Source: Candidatus Saccharimonadota bacterium
GTDB taxonomy: Bacteria > Patescibacteriota > Saccharimonadia > Saccharimonadales > JAQGHD01
Length of the DNA stretch: 63,161 bases
Direction of reading: 5' to 3'
Assembly (NCBI GenBank): GCA_028288965.1
Contig: JAQGHD010000025.1
Span: forward strand, 1-63,161
The notes below the pieces were generated by a model that was given only the letters and a program-made list of their open reading frames with translations, did not search any database and was not told the DNA's origin. The position numbers and the translations under genes were made by a program. This document shows positions 47,466-57,429 of the stretch, piece by piece (the stretch's first letter is position 1; every line of letters begins with the position of its first letter).

Positions 47466-48128
47466 ATGCAGACACTGTCGGAGTTCTTGAAACAATTCAG
47501 GGTAAGGACTTTCCAAAAAGGTGAAATTATTTTGGTTGAGGGCGAAGTACCGCCCAGCGCCTATGTGGTTAAAAAAGGTGTGGTTAAGACCTACAACCTT
47601 ACCGCCGAGGGGCAGGAAAAACCGATTAGCTTTGATGTAGAATATGAAGTCTTCCCTATTGGTTGGGTGTTCTCAAAGATTCCGGCTACCCAGTATTTTT
47701 ACGAAGCTTTCACTGACTGTGAAATATTTTTAGTGCCGCGGGAGGCATATGTAGACTACATTTCAGGAAATCCCAAGGCCACCACTCACCTGCTCGACGA
47801 TATGATAGATAGACACTTGCAGTTTCAAATGCGGGTAAACGCGCTTGAGCAGTCAAAGGCGGCTCACAAAGTCATTAATACCCTACATTACTTATGCTTA
47901 GGCTTTGGTACAGAAATCAAGCCTGACACCGTGAGGGTAGATTTGCCACTGACTCAGCAGGATCTAGCTAATTACATGGGTCTCACGCGTGAGACGACTG
48001 GTATTGAGCTAAAAAAGCTTGAAAAGCAAGGCATTATTAGCTATAAACGACAGAACTATATTATACGCACCAATCGGCTCAACGAAGTCTTAGACGACGA
48101 ATATGATCCTGGTCTAAGTTTCAATTAA
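47466..48128 (+). CDS. Crp/Fnr-family transcriptional regulator.
   Basis: N-terminal cNMP-binding-like beta-roll. C-terminal HTH 'QQDLANYMGLTRETTGIELKKLEKQGII'. Confidence 0.75.
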   Translation: MQTLSEFLKQFRVRTFQKGEIILVEGEVPPSAYVVKKGVVKTYNLTAEGQEKPISFDVEYEVFPIGWVFSKIPATQYFYEAFTDCEIFLVPREAYVDYISGNPKATTHLLDDMIDRHLQFQMRVNALEQSKAAHKVINTLHYLCLGFGTEIKPDTVRVDLPLTQQDLANYMGLTRETTGIELKKLEKQGIISYKRQNYIIRTNRLNEVLDDEYDPGLSFN

Positions 48129-48204
48129 AAAAGTAGCCCTAGTAATCTAAAGCTACCTTTACTACCCCAGTCTCCCCAGACTCCACTCTGTTTAGGAATT
48201 TGTC

Positions 48205-48546
48205 TTAGAGCATTTGACGCTTGATCATACGCCATCGGCGGGCTTGAAGACGTGCGGCTTTTTGCCTCCAGCCAGTACTCATTTCGTCATACCAATCATC
48301 AAATGATAAATCTGATGTCTTAACGGCATGGTTTAGGCGTAAATTATGCTTTTTCACAAACAACCCTCCACTTTTACGTTGATTGTATTCATACCATAGG
48401 CTTTTTAAATACTTGTTGCTGCGAATTATTTCGCTTTCGCTTGCGCAGCAGTATCTATAGGCTACAATGGGCACCTGAAAAACAGCTGGGCGTGAAATAA
48501 CAGATGTTACTTTAAGTAGAATTGGTGAAAATGTTAGCTTTGTCAT
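48205..48546 (-). CDS. Hypothetical protein. The start is trimmed to an internal Met to avoid overlap with pcm.
   Basis: The ORF-track version (to 48714) has a low-complexity Ser/Ala N-terminus that overlaps pcm by ~100 nt. Confidence 0.3.
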   Translation of the reverse strand: MTKLTFSPILLKVTSVISRPAVFQVPIVAYRYCCASESEIIRSNKYLKSLWYEYNQRKSGGLFVKKHNLRLNHAVKTSDLSFDDWYDEMSTGWRQKAARLQARRWRMIKRQML

Positions 48547-48613
48547 AGTCACTGACAGTAACCACCTGTTTAATGGGGGCTTGTGAGAGAGGGTGTGTAA
48601 CGACGCATAAGGA

Positions 48614-49276
48614 GTGGATACGGCTATGCTCGCAGCTGATGACGCTACTATAGATGATGCCGCTGATAATGAGACTGTATATGATGATCGCGAGCCTAAT
48701 GATGCAACTACCAACTCCGGACGACTTCGCTCAGCCTTGGAAAAGACCCCTCGCGAAGCATTTGTACCGGCCGAATTGCGCTCTCAGGCTTGGCTCGACG
48801 CCCCATTGCCCATCGGCTTTGGTCAAACTATTAGCCAGCCAACTACGGTGAGACTCATGCTGGAGTGGCTAGATGTTGGCCTGGGTCAAGCAGTACTTGA
48901 TGTGGGCTCGGGTTCGGGCTGGACCAGTGCCCTGCTCAGCCGACTCGTCGGTAACGACGGTCACGTCTACGCGGTTGAATTAGTTCCAGAGCTACTCCGA
49001 TTAGGAAAAAGCCAAAGTAACAAATTAAAACTCACCAACCTCACTTTCCATCAAGCCGGCGACACCTTGGGATTGCCCACCAAAGCGCCGTTTGATCGAA
49101 TTTTAGTCAGTGCTGCCGCCAGTCAAATCCCCTCGGAGTTAGTCGATCAATTAGCAACCGGGGGCAAAATGGTTATCCCCGTGCGTGATGCTATCTTGGT
49201 TATTTCTAAGTCAGAAAAAGGCGAAATAACTCAGCAGCGGTATCCGGGTTTCATCTTTGTTCCACTGATGCAGTAG
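48614..49276 (+). CDS. pcm: Protein-L-isoaspartate O-methyltransferase with an acidic N-terminal extension.
   Basis: 'GQTISQPTTVRLMLEWL' and 'VLDVGSGSGWTSALLSRL' are the PIMT / SAM-binding motif I. Confidence 0.8.
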   Translation: MDTAMLAADDATIDDAADNETVYDDREPNDATTNSGRLRSALEKTPREAFVPAELRSQAWLDAPLPIGFGQTISQPTTVRLMLEWLDVGLGQAVLDVGSGSGWTSALLSRLVGNDGHVYAVELVPELLRLGKSQSNKLKLTNLTFHQAGDTLGLPTKAPFDRILVSAAASQIPSELVDQLATGGKMVIPVRDAILVISKSEKGEITQQRYPGFIFVPLMQ

Positions 49277-49373
49277 CTGTCAATCGTAAATCTCTATTCT
49301 CGAATCCGAAGCTGTCGCTTACAATAAGGGACAGTACGAGAGTACTACTTTAGTTGAGGCAAAAATAACATCC

Positions 49374-50432
49374 ATGCGAATTGCATTAGTAGCTGGGCCG
49401 TATGTTCCAGTTCCTCCGCCAAAGTATGGCGGCACCGAGCGCGTCATACAATATTTGATAAAAGGTCTACTCGAACATGGTCACGAGCCAATTTTGGTAG
49501 GCACGGGCGACTCAAAAGTCGACTGTGAGTTAGTACCCATAATAGATAAGGCCATTTCTTTTGCGCCGACGCGCCAAGCTCTCCCGGCTCATCAAAAATT
49601 AGTTGATAAGACCAATGCAAGAACTAAAGCCGTACTTAGCAAGTTACTGCCCAGAATTGATCTTATCCATTCGCACGGCTTTGATCTCACTCCCTTCCAG
49701 GATTTCCCAAACCTGACTACCCTGCACGATAACATCGACTTTGATAACATTGATTATTTTTTAAAACACAAAGATTTGCCATACGTGTCTATCTCAAAAA
49801 ATCAGCAACGAGCTTGTCCGGGGCTAAACTACATTGGGCTAGAGTATCACGGCGAAGATCCAGAAGAATTTCCCATTGTCACCACGCCCCAAAATTACGT
49901 CTGCTTTATTGGTCGATTTGATCGTGAGAAGAATCCGCACTTGGCTATCCAGCTGGCAATTGACTTAGGCATACCTATAAAATTAGCCGGCAAGATTGAT
50001 TTCCTGGGCAATGATTACTTTAACGAAGAGATTAAGCCCTTTTTTAGTCATCCGCTGGTGGAATATGTTGGCGAACTGGGTTTTGCCGATAAGGTTGAGT
50101 TGATGAGCAACGCCAAATGCAATCTTCACCCCATTGGGTTTAGGGAACCCTTTGGCCTCACCGTCTTAGAGGCGGCCTACTGTGGCACGCCGACCATGGC
50201 CATACACAAGGGGTCTATGCCAGAAGTCATCAAAAATGGTGAAACTGGTGTGTTAGTTGAGGACTTTATTGAGGGGATCTATAGGTTGCAAGAATGTTTT
50301 GATTTAGACCGTGAGCATATTGCAGTCACTATGCGCGCCCAGTTTAATTATCGAACCATGACCTCGCAATACCTGCATGCCTATAAACGGGCGCTGCGAT
50401 TAAAAGGCGCCGAGATTAAAGAAGAAGAGTAG
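49374..50432 (+). CDS. Glycosyltransferase family 1 (GT4-like).
   Basis: 'MRIALVAG...GGTERV' N-terminus and a C-terminal 'E...E' GT-B pattern. Confidence 0.6.
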   Translation: MRIALVAGPYVPVPPPKYGGTERVIQYLIKGLLEHGHEPILVGTGDSKVDCELVPIIDKAISFAPTRQALPAHQKLVDKTNARTKAVLSKLLPRIDLIHSHGFDLTPFQDFPNLTTLHDNIDFDNIDYFLKHKDLPYVSISKNQQRACPGLNYIGLEYHGEDPEEFPIVTTPQNYVCFIGRFDREKNPHLAIQLAIDLGIPIKLAGKIDFLGNDYFNEEIKPFFSHPLVEYVGELGFADKVELMSNAKCNLHPIGFREPFGLTVLEAAYCGTPTMAIHKGSMPEVIKNGETGVLVEDFIEGIYRLQECFDLDREHIAVTMRAQFNYRTMTSQYLHAYKRALRLKGAEIKEEE

Positions 50433-52091
50433 CTACTCGCCTAGATAAGTTCTGAGCTGCTGGGTGCTCTGGTTGGTCCAGCCGGGCGGCGAGCTGATGG
50501 CTGCCCAAGCGTTATAGATATCACCGTTATAGACATGGCCGTGGCCGGCCGGAACATTACCAGCCAACGCCAGATCAACGGTCATTTGTACCCAACTAAC
50601 CACCGGATACCATTGCATTTCTGACGACACATCATAGCCGCGTGGCGGATTTAGCCAAGCCGGCTTTTTATACAGAAGCTCTGGACTCCACCAGACGACC
50701 GGGTCGGATGGATACTGCAAGTACAAGGCGTGCGGGCTAGGCCAGATAGGCGATGGCCTGGTAATGTCAGTTGGCCTGGCGGCAAAGCGAACGGTCTGCC
50801 CGTGTTGGTAGACTGGAAGCCAGAAGGGTGTGCCGTTATCGCGATGCTGGCTCAGGTCTTCCCAGAGTCTACTGGCATTTGGTGGTCCCACCCAAAGAAC
50901 CCCATCGGTTCGGGCGACTATATCTTTTACCGTCTGGAAATCGGCCTGCGAGCCATAAGCACCCAGGCTCTCGCCAAAGATTACCAATTTAGGCCGATGA
51001 TCCACCGGTAAACTGCTCCAATAACTGTGGATGGTTTCAATTAAGGCGCGACCGGCTTGGGCGGCGGTTTCCCGATCAGTCAAAAAGGAGATCCAGCTTG
51101 GCAGATATGAATATTGCATGGCGGCGGTGGCTACGCTGCCGTTGTACATGTATTCAAGGGCTCGCGGGGAGTCGGGATCCACCCAACCGGTTCCGGTAGT
51201 AGTTGTAATGCAGACAATACTCCTGTCAAAAGCTTTGGTGCGTTGCAGCTCTTGCAGAACCACGCCGGCTCGAGCCATATCAGTACTGGCTGTTGACAGG
51301 CCGGCATAGACCCGGATCGGCTGGGTGGATGGCTTATGACTAAACGACTCAAGCTGAGTCGGCTGAGTGGTGCCAGCCACAAACGCCCGGCCCTGTTTAC
51401 CAAGCTGATTCCAAGCAACGACTGAGGCCCTACTACCCGATTCCTCGGAGGCCGCCGGTGCCACCAAATTTTTTTGGATTACGGCGTCCCTATGCCTAAA
51501 GGCGCTGTTGGCGTACGAGCGCAGTCGAGAGTAACCAGTTTGACCAATAACTCCAACTAGCAGGGTAAAAACAAACAGCAGACTCACCACGTAGGCTAAG
51601 GGCTCAGGTATTATATGATTCAACCGCTTGTCTAAGTAATGATTAAGCCCCCTGACGCATCGACAAAAGATAATAAGTAGCGTCGCTAGGCTGATTGCCA
51701 GTAGTGCCGTGTAGATACCGTGGAAGGCAAATTCTGGGGGCATGCCCATCAGCTGGCGTAATTCTTTTTGGTGGCGTAAGGATAATATAAGTGAAAGGCT
51801 GCCAAAAAATAGCGCGGCAATACTAAGTAACTGCCAGCGGACTCGTTGCATAGCCGGGCTAGGTTTGGGCCAGTGAAAAGTATGATAAAAAAAGCCGATC
51901 GCCGTTCCGCCAACCACGCCTAATCCGTAGCCCATGGCCACCGAAATGCCAGTTAAGATAGCTTGTAAGTACCAGACACGTGGCAGCAGCGATGGCGTAA
52001 AAGATGCCCACCAAAATAGTAATCCAGTGGCAAAGCCTGCCCAGCTGGGAGCAGCCAGGATGATCTTTTTCGGTTTTGTAATTTTCTCCAT
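50433..52091 (-). CDS. Membrane-anchored alpha/beta-hydrolase-family protein (Abhydrolase_9-like).
   Basis: N-terminal multi-TM region. 'VIFGESLGAYGS' is a GxSxG nucleophile elbow. Confidence 0.5.
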   Translation of the reverse strand: MEKITKPKKIILAAPSWAGFATGLLFWWASFTPSLLPRVWYLQAILTGISVAMGYGLGVVGGTAIGFFYHTFHWPKPSPAMQRVRWQLLSIAALFFGSLSLILSLRHQKELRQLMGMPPEFAFHGIYTALLAISLATLLIIFCRCVRGLNHYLDKRLNHIIPEPLAYVVSLLFVFTLLVGVIGQTGYSRLRSYANSAFRHRDAVIQKNLVAPAASEESGSRASVVAWNQLGKQGRAFVAGTTQPTQLESFSHKPSTQPIRVYAGLSTASTDMARAGVVLQELQRTKAFDRSIVCITTTTGTGWVDPDSPRALEYMYNGSVATAAMQYSYLPSWISFLTDRETAAQAGRALIETIHSYWSSLPVDHRPKLVIFGESLGAYGSQADFQTVKDIVARTDGVLWVGPPNASRLWEDLSQHRDNGTPFWLPVYQHGQTVRFAARPTDITRPSPIWPSPHALYLQYPSDPVVWWSPELLYKKPAWLNPPRGYDVSSEMQWYPVVSWVQMTVDLALAGNVPAGHGHVYNGDIYNAWAAISSPPGWTNQSTQQLRTYLGE

Positions 52092-52096
52092 AGTAC

Positions 52097-54103
52097 CTAG
52101 GTGGGTAGCTTAACCGTAAAGGTTGAGCCACGGCGTAACCTAGATTCAACCGCTAACTGGCCGTTATGTAGGTCAATGATTTTCTTTGACCAGTATAAAC
52201 CAAGACCGTTGCTATCTATATTGCTCGAAGCGTTATTACCAAGCCTAGAAAATTTCTGATAAAGTTTGAGCTGATCTTTCTTGCTAATCCCAATGCCATG
52301 ATCGCGCACGCTCAGGGAAATGAATCGGCCGGTCTTTTTGCCGATGACCACAATGGTTTTCTTTGGCGGTGAGTATTTACTAGCATTATTAATTAAGTTT
52401 TCTAAAACCATGCGTATATATTTGGCATCTACCTTGGCCACCAACTTAGTGGGCATGGCTAGTTCGACTGCCTGCTGTTTTTCTTCAAAGACCGACTGCT
52501 GTTCGTGCAAAACATCCTTCATTAAGGCTGCCAGATCCACTTTCTTTTTGTTGAGCCGTAGTTTGCCAGCATCTATTCTGGCGACCAGCAACAAATCACT
52601 CAGAACCTTTAGTTGGCGGTCGTTACTAGAATAGGCTCGCGATAGCATGTTGCGCTGTTGAGACGAAAGCTCGCCAACGTAACCCTCGAGCACCATGCCA
52701 ATATACTGTTTGACACCTGTTGCCGGGGTGCGAAGTTGATGCGAAGCCAAGGAAATAAACTCATCTTTGGCTTGATTGAGTGCCATAAGCTGTTGGCGCT
52801 CAACGGCTAAGGCGGCATTTTTCAGCTCGAGTTTTCGCCGCCGTTCGTTGGCTGATTTGATCTCATCAATATCAACACAGGAGCCAATGTAGCCCATAAA
52901 TACCTTATCCTTAGAAAAAAGTGGCCGTCCATTGTCCAAAAACCAGTGGTAAGAGCCGTCGTGATGGCGAACGCGATACTCCATACTATAGGACGTCCGT
53001 TTGTCGAATGTCTGGTTATACATATCAGTTACCATCGTCACGTCTGCCGGGTGGATGCTGTGTTTCCACCCCTTACCACACTCTTCCTCAAGGGTTCGGC
53101 CGGTATAATCAAGCCAAACTTTGTTAAAATAGGTCAGCATCTTATTGGTATCGGCGATCCAAATCATAACCGGGGCACTATCGGCCATCATGCGAAAACG
53201 CTCTTCGCTTTCTTGGATTTGCAGCTCAGCTTGCTTGCGGGCATCGATATTCCGGGCCGTGCCGATAACTTTTATAGGCTTGCCAGCTTCTTTAACTATC
53301 TGGCCATTACCTTGCACCCAGTGAACGCTGCCATCAGGCCACACGATACGATGTTCTGTCTCGTAGACATTGGCATTTTTAAGCGCTTTTTTAACAATCT
53401 GCAGTTGTTTTGGCCTGTCAGCTGGATGCAGTAGGCTTAGATATTTTTTGTAAGTGATTCGCGTCCGGGGTTTTACTCCGTAGATAGTTTTTAATTGATC
53501 TGACCATTCTAGCTGGTTGGTGGTGAGGTCCCACTCCCAAATTCCCATGTGGGAGGCGCTGAGGGCTAATTCCAGGCGCTTGCTCCGTTCCTCTACCCGC
53601 CTCTCCAACTCGGCGCTCAAGTCCCGCAGTTCCGCTTCAGCTTTTTTGCGCTCGGTAATATCCGCCGATACATTAATAATATGATGAACTTTTCCCCGCG
53701 GTGTTCTATCGTAGACACTGCCCTCTGTTTGTAGCCAGACCCAGTGGCCTTGCTTGTGGCGAATCCGGTACTCAAAATCAACAATGGCTTCGTTGTTAAG
53801 CTTAGGCTGAGTGCGATTCGCTTCGCGCAGAGCAAGTTCATTCTTGGTCAGTAGTGAAGTGATATCATCCGGATGCACCAGCGAAGTTATTAATTCGATG
53901 CCCCCATCTAAAAATTCCTGGGCCGTATACCCAAGTATTTTCCTGACCGATTTACTCACAAAAATATATTGTCCGGTTTTGCTGCTATAAACAGCAATAA
54001 TAGCCGGCACCAGATCAGGTAGGTGCTGAAATTGAGCCAAATCTAACCCGCCTTTTGATAAGGATGCCTCGAGATCACGGCCAGAATCCGGCAGCTTGGC
54101 CAT
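52097..54103 (-). CDS. Cytoplasmic multi-PAS sensor histidine kinase.
   Basis: Three PAS-like modules. H-box 'SLASHQLRTPAT'. HATPase 'NGLGLYWSKKI'. No TM segment. Confidence 0.8.
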   Translation of the reverse strand: MAKLPDSGRDLEASLSKGGLDLAQFQHLPDLVPAIIAVYSSKTGQYIFVSKSVRKILGYTAQEFLDGGIELITSLVHPDDITSLLTKNELALREANRTQPKLNNEAIVDFEYRIRHKQGHWVWLQTEGSVYDRTPRGKVHHIINVSADITERKKAEAELRDLSAELERRVEERSKRLELALSASHMGIWEWDLTTNQLEWSDQLKTIYGVKPRTRITYKKYLSLLHPADRPKQLQIVKKALKNANVYETEHRIVWPDGSVHWVQGNGQIVKEAGKPIKVIGTARNIDARKQAELQIQESEERFRMMADSAPVMIWIADTNKMLTYFNKVWLDYTGRTLEEECGKGWKHSIHPADVTMVTDMYNQTFDKRTSYSMEYRVRHHDGSYHWFLDNGRPLFSKDKVFMGYIGSCVDIDEIKSANERRRKLELKNAALAVERQQLMALNQAKDEFISLASHQLRTPATGVKQYIGMVLEGYVGELSSQQRNMLSRAYSSNDRQLKVLSDLLLVARIDAGKLRLNKKKVDLAALMKDVLHEQQSVFEEKQQAVELAMPTKLVAKVDAKYIRMVLENLINNASKYSPPKKTIVVIGKKTGRFISLSVRDHGIGISKKDQLKLYQKFSRLGNNASSNIDSNGLGLYWSKKIIDLHNGQLAVESRLRRGSTFTVKLPT

Positions 54104-54150
54104 AGCTACACTCTAATGGTTAAGCCACGCGTGCGCAACTCAACCGCCGT

Positions 54151-54729
54151 CTACTGCGCTTTAACGGGGCGCACAACAGCGGCCAACAGTCCAGCGATAA
54201 CAAAGAAAATAGCACAATAAAATCCCACATCGCCGTACAGCTGAATTTTGTATCCTTCATTGAAGTTCAGTACAAAGTAAGCGATGGCGGTGGATGAATA
54301 GGCGGCTACTGCTAAAGTTGCGGCCGCAAAAATGGCGGCTCGACTCCTGAGTACGGCGGCAACTATTATAGGAATGGTATACAGTGCAACTGCCAAGCTA
54401 GCCATACCCCGCTGAGAATAGACATTAAATGAGGCGGCCGCTATGTCGACGATAATTAGGGTCCAGACCAAAAGCCTGCAAGCCGCAGTACTACTAATAT
54501 GACTCTTAGCTACATACCAGACGAACGTGGTGATAACCAGCAAGCTGGCGCTGACAATCCATCTGTACAGAACGGCGTTAGGTGCAATAAGTTTCCATGA
54601 ATCATAGATTACTGTTTGAACGGTAAAGGCCACGACGTACAAAAAATGCAGACGCGCCAAGCGAACTACGTTACCATGGAGCCAGCTCTTTTTGGCGATC
54701 TGTATATTGTTCGGCATATTTGCTAGCAT
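54151..54729 (-). CDS. Polytopic membrane protein, hypothetical.
   Basis: 192 aa with 5-6 hydrophobic segments. Confidence 0.45.
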   Translation of the reverse strand: MLANMPNNIQIAKKSWLHGNVVRLARLHFLYVVAFTVQTVIYDSWKLIAPNAVLYRWIVSASLLVITTFVWYVAKSHISSTAACRLLVWTLIIVDIAAASFNVYSQRGMASLAVALYTIPIIVAAVLRSRAAIFAAATLAVAAYSSTAIAYFVLNFNEGYKIQLYGDVGFYCAIFFVIAGLLAAVVRPVKAQ

Positions 54730-54974
54730 TCAACCATAGTGCTTACGTTTCTGTCAATTTCAACGCTAGTCATGGTCTGCGCGGAGCCGTTGAATCACTG
54801 GATGGTGAAAATCCCCAGCTTTTATGGCTTCTAGCGCAGCAGCTGCCTCAGCCGAAAGCACTAGTTCTCCACCCAGCAGTGCCTTGCCAATGGGAGTGGC
54901 AATGAATCGTTGTTCTTCTTCGCTTGTATCTTCAGGAAAATTCTCTGCCATAACTCTATTTTAAACCGACTAGG

Positions 54975-55136
54975 CTAATTACGCCCAGGTTTTAAGATTT
55001 GATTGACTTCCTTAAAACAACTTTTACATAAGTGATATTTCCTGACTTGATTTTGCTTGTTAGGCGGGCTGAGCAAAATTGCCCCAAAATCGTAGAACTC
55101 GTTGCCGCACTTATCACAAATCGGTTTTATGGCCAT
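54975..55136 (-). CDS. Small zinc-ribbon protein (53 aa).
   Basis: MAIKPICDKCGNEFYDF...YHLCKSCFKEV has two CxxC pairs. The ORF-track version (to 55301) would overlap the histidine kinase gene, so it is trimmed to the internal Met. Confidence 0.4.
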   Translation of the reverse strand: MAIKPICDKCGNEFYDFGAILLSPPNKQNQVRKYHLCKSCFKEVNQILKPGRN

Positions 55137-55143
55137 TGTTCGA

Positions 55144-57387
55144 TTATACAGTGCCAAGCGTTTTTGCGGACGAAGCCGCGGATACGGCTGTGCCGTCTTC
55201 TTTGAATTGGCTATGAATCTTGACCTTAGTACCCTGCCTGTTTGTTTCGACAGCTGAATGGGAGACCGGCAGACGAAAACCAAAAGTTGACCCTTCGCCA
55301 ATTTTGCTGGTAAAAATGATTGTTCCCCCCTCTTGCTGAATAACTCGCTTGACTAAAAACAAGCCAATACCGGTACCATCAACCTTGGTCTTCTTGGCAT
55401 TGCCAGCCCGATAGAATTTATGAAACAGTTTGGCCTGGTCGGCGACCGGTACGCCAATACCGCTATCGGTAACAGTAAACATGACCTGATTGCCAACGGC
55501 CTCCAGTTTGATATGCACGGTACCTTTCGGCGCGTAGGTTATGGCGTTATCGATCAGGTTCATAATGGCCTGCCGGGTTTTTTGTTCGTCAATGTTGAGT
55601 AATGGTAACTTTTTGGTAGGCGCTGAATAATGCAAGCTGGCACCAAACTCCTCAGCCTTCATTTTAAGCTGTTCTATTTCTTGTTCCACCATTTGGCCGA
55701 AATCTACCGGCTTAGCGTCAATGAAAAAACGCCCGGCTTCCATACGGCTCATATTCAACAGATCAGTCACTAAACTACTGGTTAAGCGCACCCGATTTTG
55801 CACCAAGGCTAAGGCCTGGCTTTGCTCTTTATTAAAATTACCGTACATGCCGTCGAGAATATTAGCCAGGTAGCCATCAACTACTGTCAGCGGGGTGCGC
55901 AGTTGGTGGGAAGCCATAGACATAAACTCATCTTTGACCTCATCTAGTTGCTCTAGGCTATGATTGGCCTCGCGTAGTTGTTTAGTGGCGTCGGTGACTT
56001 TGCTCTGCAAGGTTTTGTTGAACTGCTGAATCTGCACGTAGCCTTTAGCGTTTTGAATGGCTACAGCCAGCTGGTCGGCAATGATAGGGATGACCCCCAG
56101 GTCGGTGTTGGAGTAAATGTCGCCGTTTAATTTTTCGCCGAACAACAAGTAGCCGACTTTATCTTCGTGGGTGCGCAAGGCGGCCAGGACGCTAATGCCA
56201 TAGTTTTGCAGGATCTCTTTGCGTCGTCCTTCGGGTTCTTCGTCGGTCACGAGTAGTTTGCCGCGTAGCTCGCCCAAGTCTCGGGCCAGGTCTTCTAGGC
56301 GGCTGACCACGTACTGTCCGGTTTCTACAAACACCCTATTGTTATCAACTACCACAATGTCAACTCGCCCGACTCGCATGTTTTTAGTTAAGACACGGCG
56401 GACTTTGCGGCTCAGTTCTACCAATTGAATTTCAGAAGCCAGTACGTGACTGACTTGGTTCATTAAATCTTGGGATTCGTAATGATCCCGAAAGAAAATT
56501 TTGTCGGTGATCTTCTCGAAAAAGTGTTTAAGTGGCTGAAACGTCAGGGCCAGTACCAGAGCAGTAATAACATTAAAAGTTTGCTGGGGGGTAGAAATTT
56601 CGGTATGGGTAAAGAGCAATTGACCCACCTTAAAGGTCATCAACGAATAGCCAGCACCCAAGGTCACCAGTAGCAGCAAATAGGCCAGCGAGCGGGCTAC
56701 GATGGTGCGGATATCGAATAGCCGGTGCTTCACAATAGCATAGCTAAAGCCACCGACAATAATAATGGTAGATAGTAAGCCGACGTAAATATATGAGTAA
56801 TTGTTAAACATCACTGGTAGCACCAGATTGGTACCCAGTGTAATAGCCAAAGAGGTAAACAAACTGGCAGCCATAATTTTAGTGCGGGCGCGGGCCGATC
56901 CGTGTAACCGAGCGATCGAGCTGGCCAAGATAATGACAATTGATAAAAACAAGCTAAGAATAAACAAGGTAAACAGCGGCACCAGCGGGCCAAACATGAC
57001 GGCCTCCACGTTGCCGCGCCGTTCGATGCCGGTAACTAGCAGTGGCGTGGCACTCAACACCGAAATGAATAAGGTCAGTACGCCAAAACCAATCGCAAAT
57101 GGCCGAAACCATTTGTACTGAAAGCGAGTAAACTCCAGGGTAAATAACAGCAAGAAATACAGCCCCATGCCCGGCAAAAATAGCGTGGCACGGTTGAGCC
57201 AAAATAGCAGCTGGTGACTAAAATGTATGTCGTTACTGTAGTAGCTGGTTATCAGCCAGGCAGCCATAATAAAAGCAAAGATCGCAAATGAGGTGTGCGT
57301 AAAGTTACCCCGATTTTTAAGAACAACAACTAGTCCTAGGGATAAATTACAAAAGGCTACAACTGCGACAGCGATCAGGGCAAACAT
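55144..57387 (-). CDS. Membrane sensor histidine kinase: N-terminal multi-TM domain, GAF-like domain, HisKA, HATPase.
   Basis: H-box 'SMASHQLRTPLT'. 'GTGIGLFLVKRV' ATP-lid. ~8 TM N-terminus. Confidence 0.8.
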   Translation of the reverse strand: MFALIAVAVVAFCNLSLGLVVVLKNRGNFTHTSFAIFAFIMAAWLITSYYSNDIHFSHQLLFWLNRATLFLPGMGLYFLLLFTLEFTRFQYKWFRPFAIGFGVLTLFISVLSATPLLVTGIERRGNVEAVMFGPLVPLFTLFILSLFLSIVIILASSIARLHGSARARTKIMAASLFTSLAITLGTNLVLPVMFNNYSYIYVGLLSTIIIVGGFSYAIVKHRLFDIRTIVARSLAYLLLLVTLGAGYSLMTFKVGQLLFTHTEISTPQQTFNVITALVLALTFQPLKHFFEKITDKIFFRDHYESQDLMNQVSHVLASEIQLVELSRKVRRVLTKNMRVGRVDIVVVDNNRVFVETGQYVVSRLEDLARDLGELRGKLLVTDEEPEGRRKEILQNYGISVLAALRTHEDKVGYLLFGEKLNGDIYSNTDLGVIPIIADQLAVAIQNAKGYVQIQQFNKTLQSKVTDATKQLREANHSLEQLDEVKDEFMSMASHQLRTPLTVVDGYLANILDGMYGNFNKEQSQALALVQNRVRLTSSLVTDLLNMSRMEAGRFFIDAKPVDFGQMVEQEIEQLKMKAEEFGASLHYSAPTKKLPLLNIDEQKTRQAIMNLIDNAITYAPKGTVHIKLEAVGNQVMFTVTDSGIGVPVADQAKLFHKFYRAGNAKKTKVDGTGIGLFLVKRVIQQEGGTIIFTSKIGEGSTFGFRLPVSHSAVETNRQGTKVKIHSQFKEDGTAVSAASSAKTLGTV

Positions 57388-57429
57388 GATATAGAACGAT
57401 TCCCCTTTTGCTTAAACTATAGCATGGAA

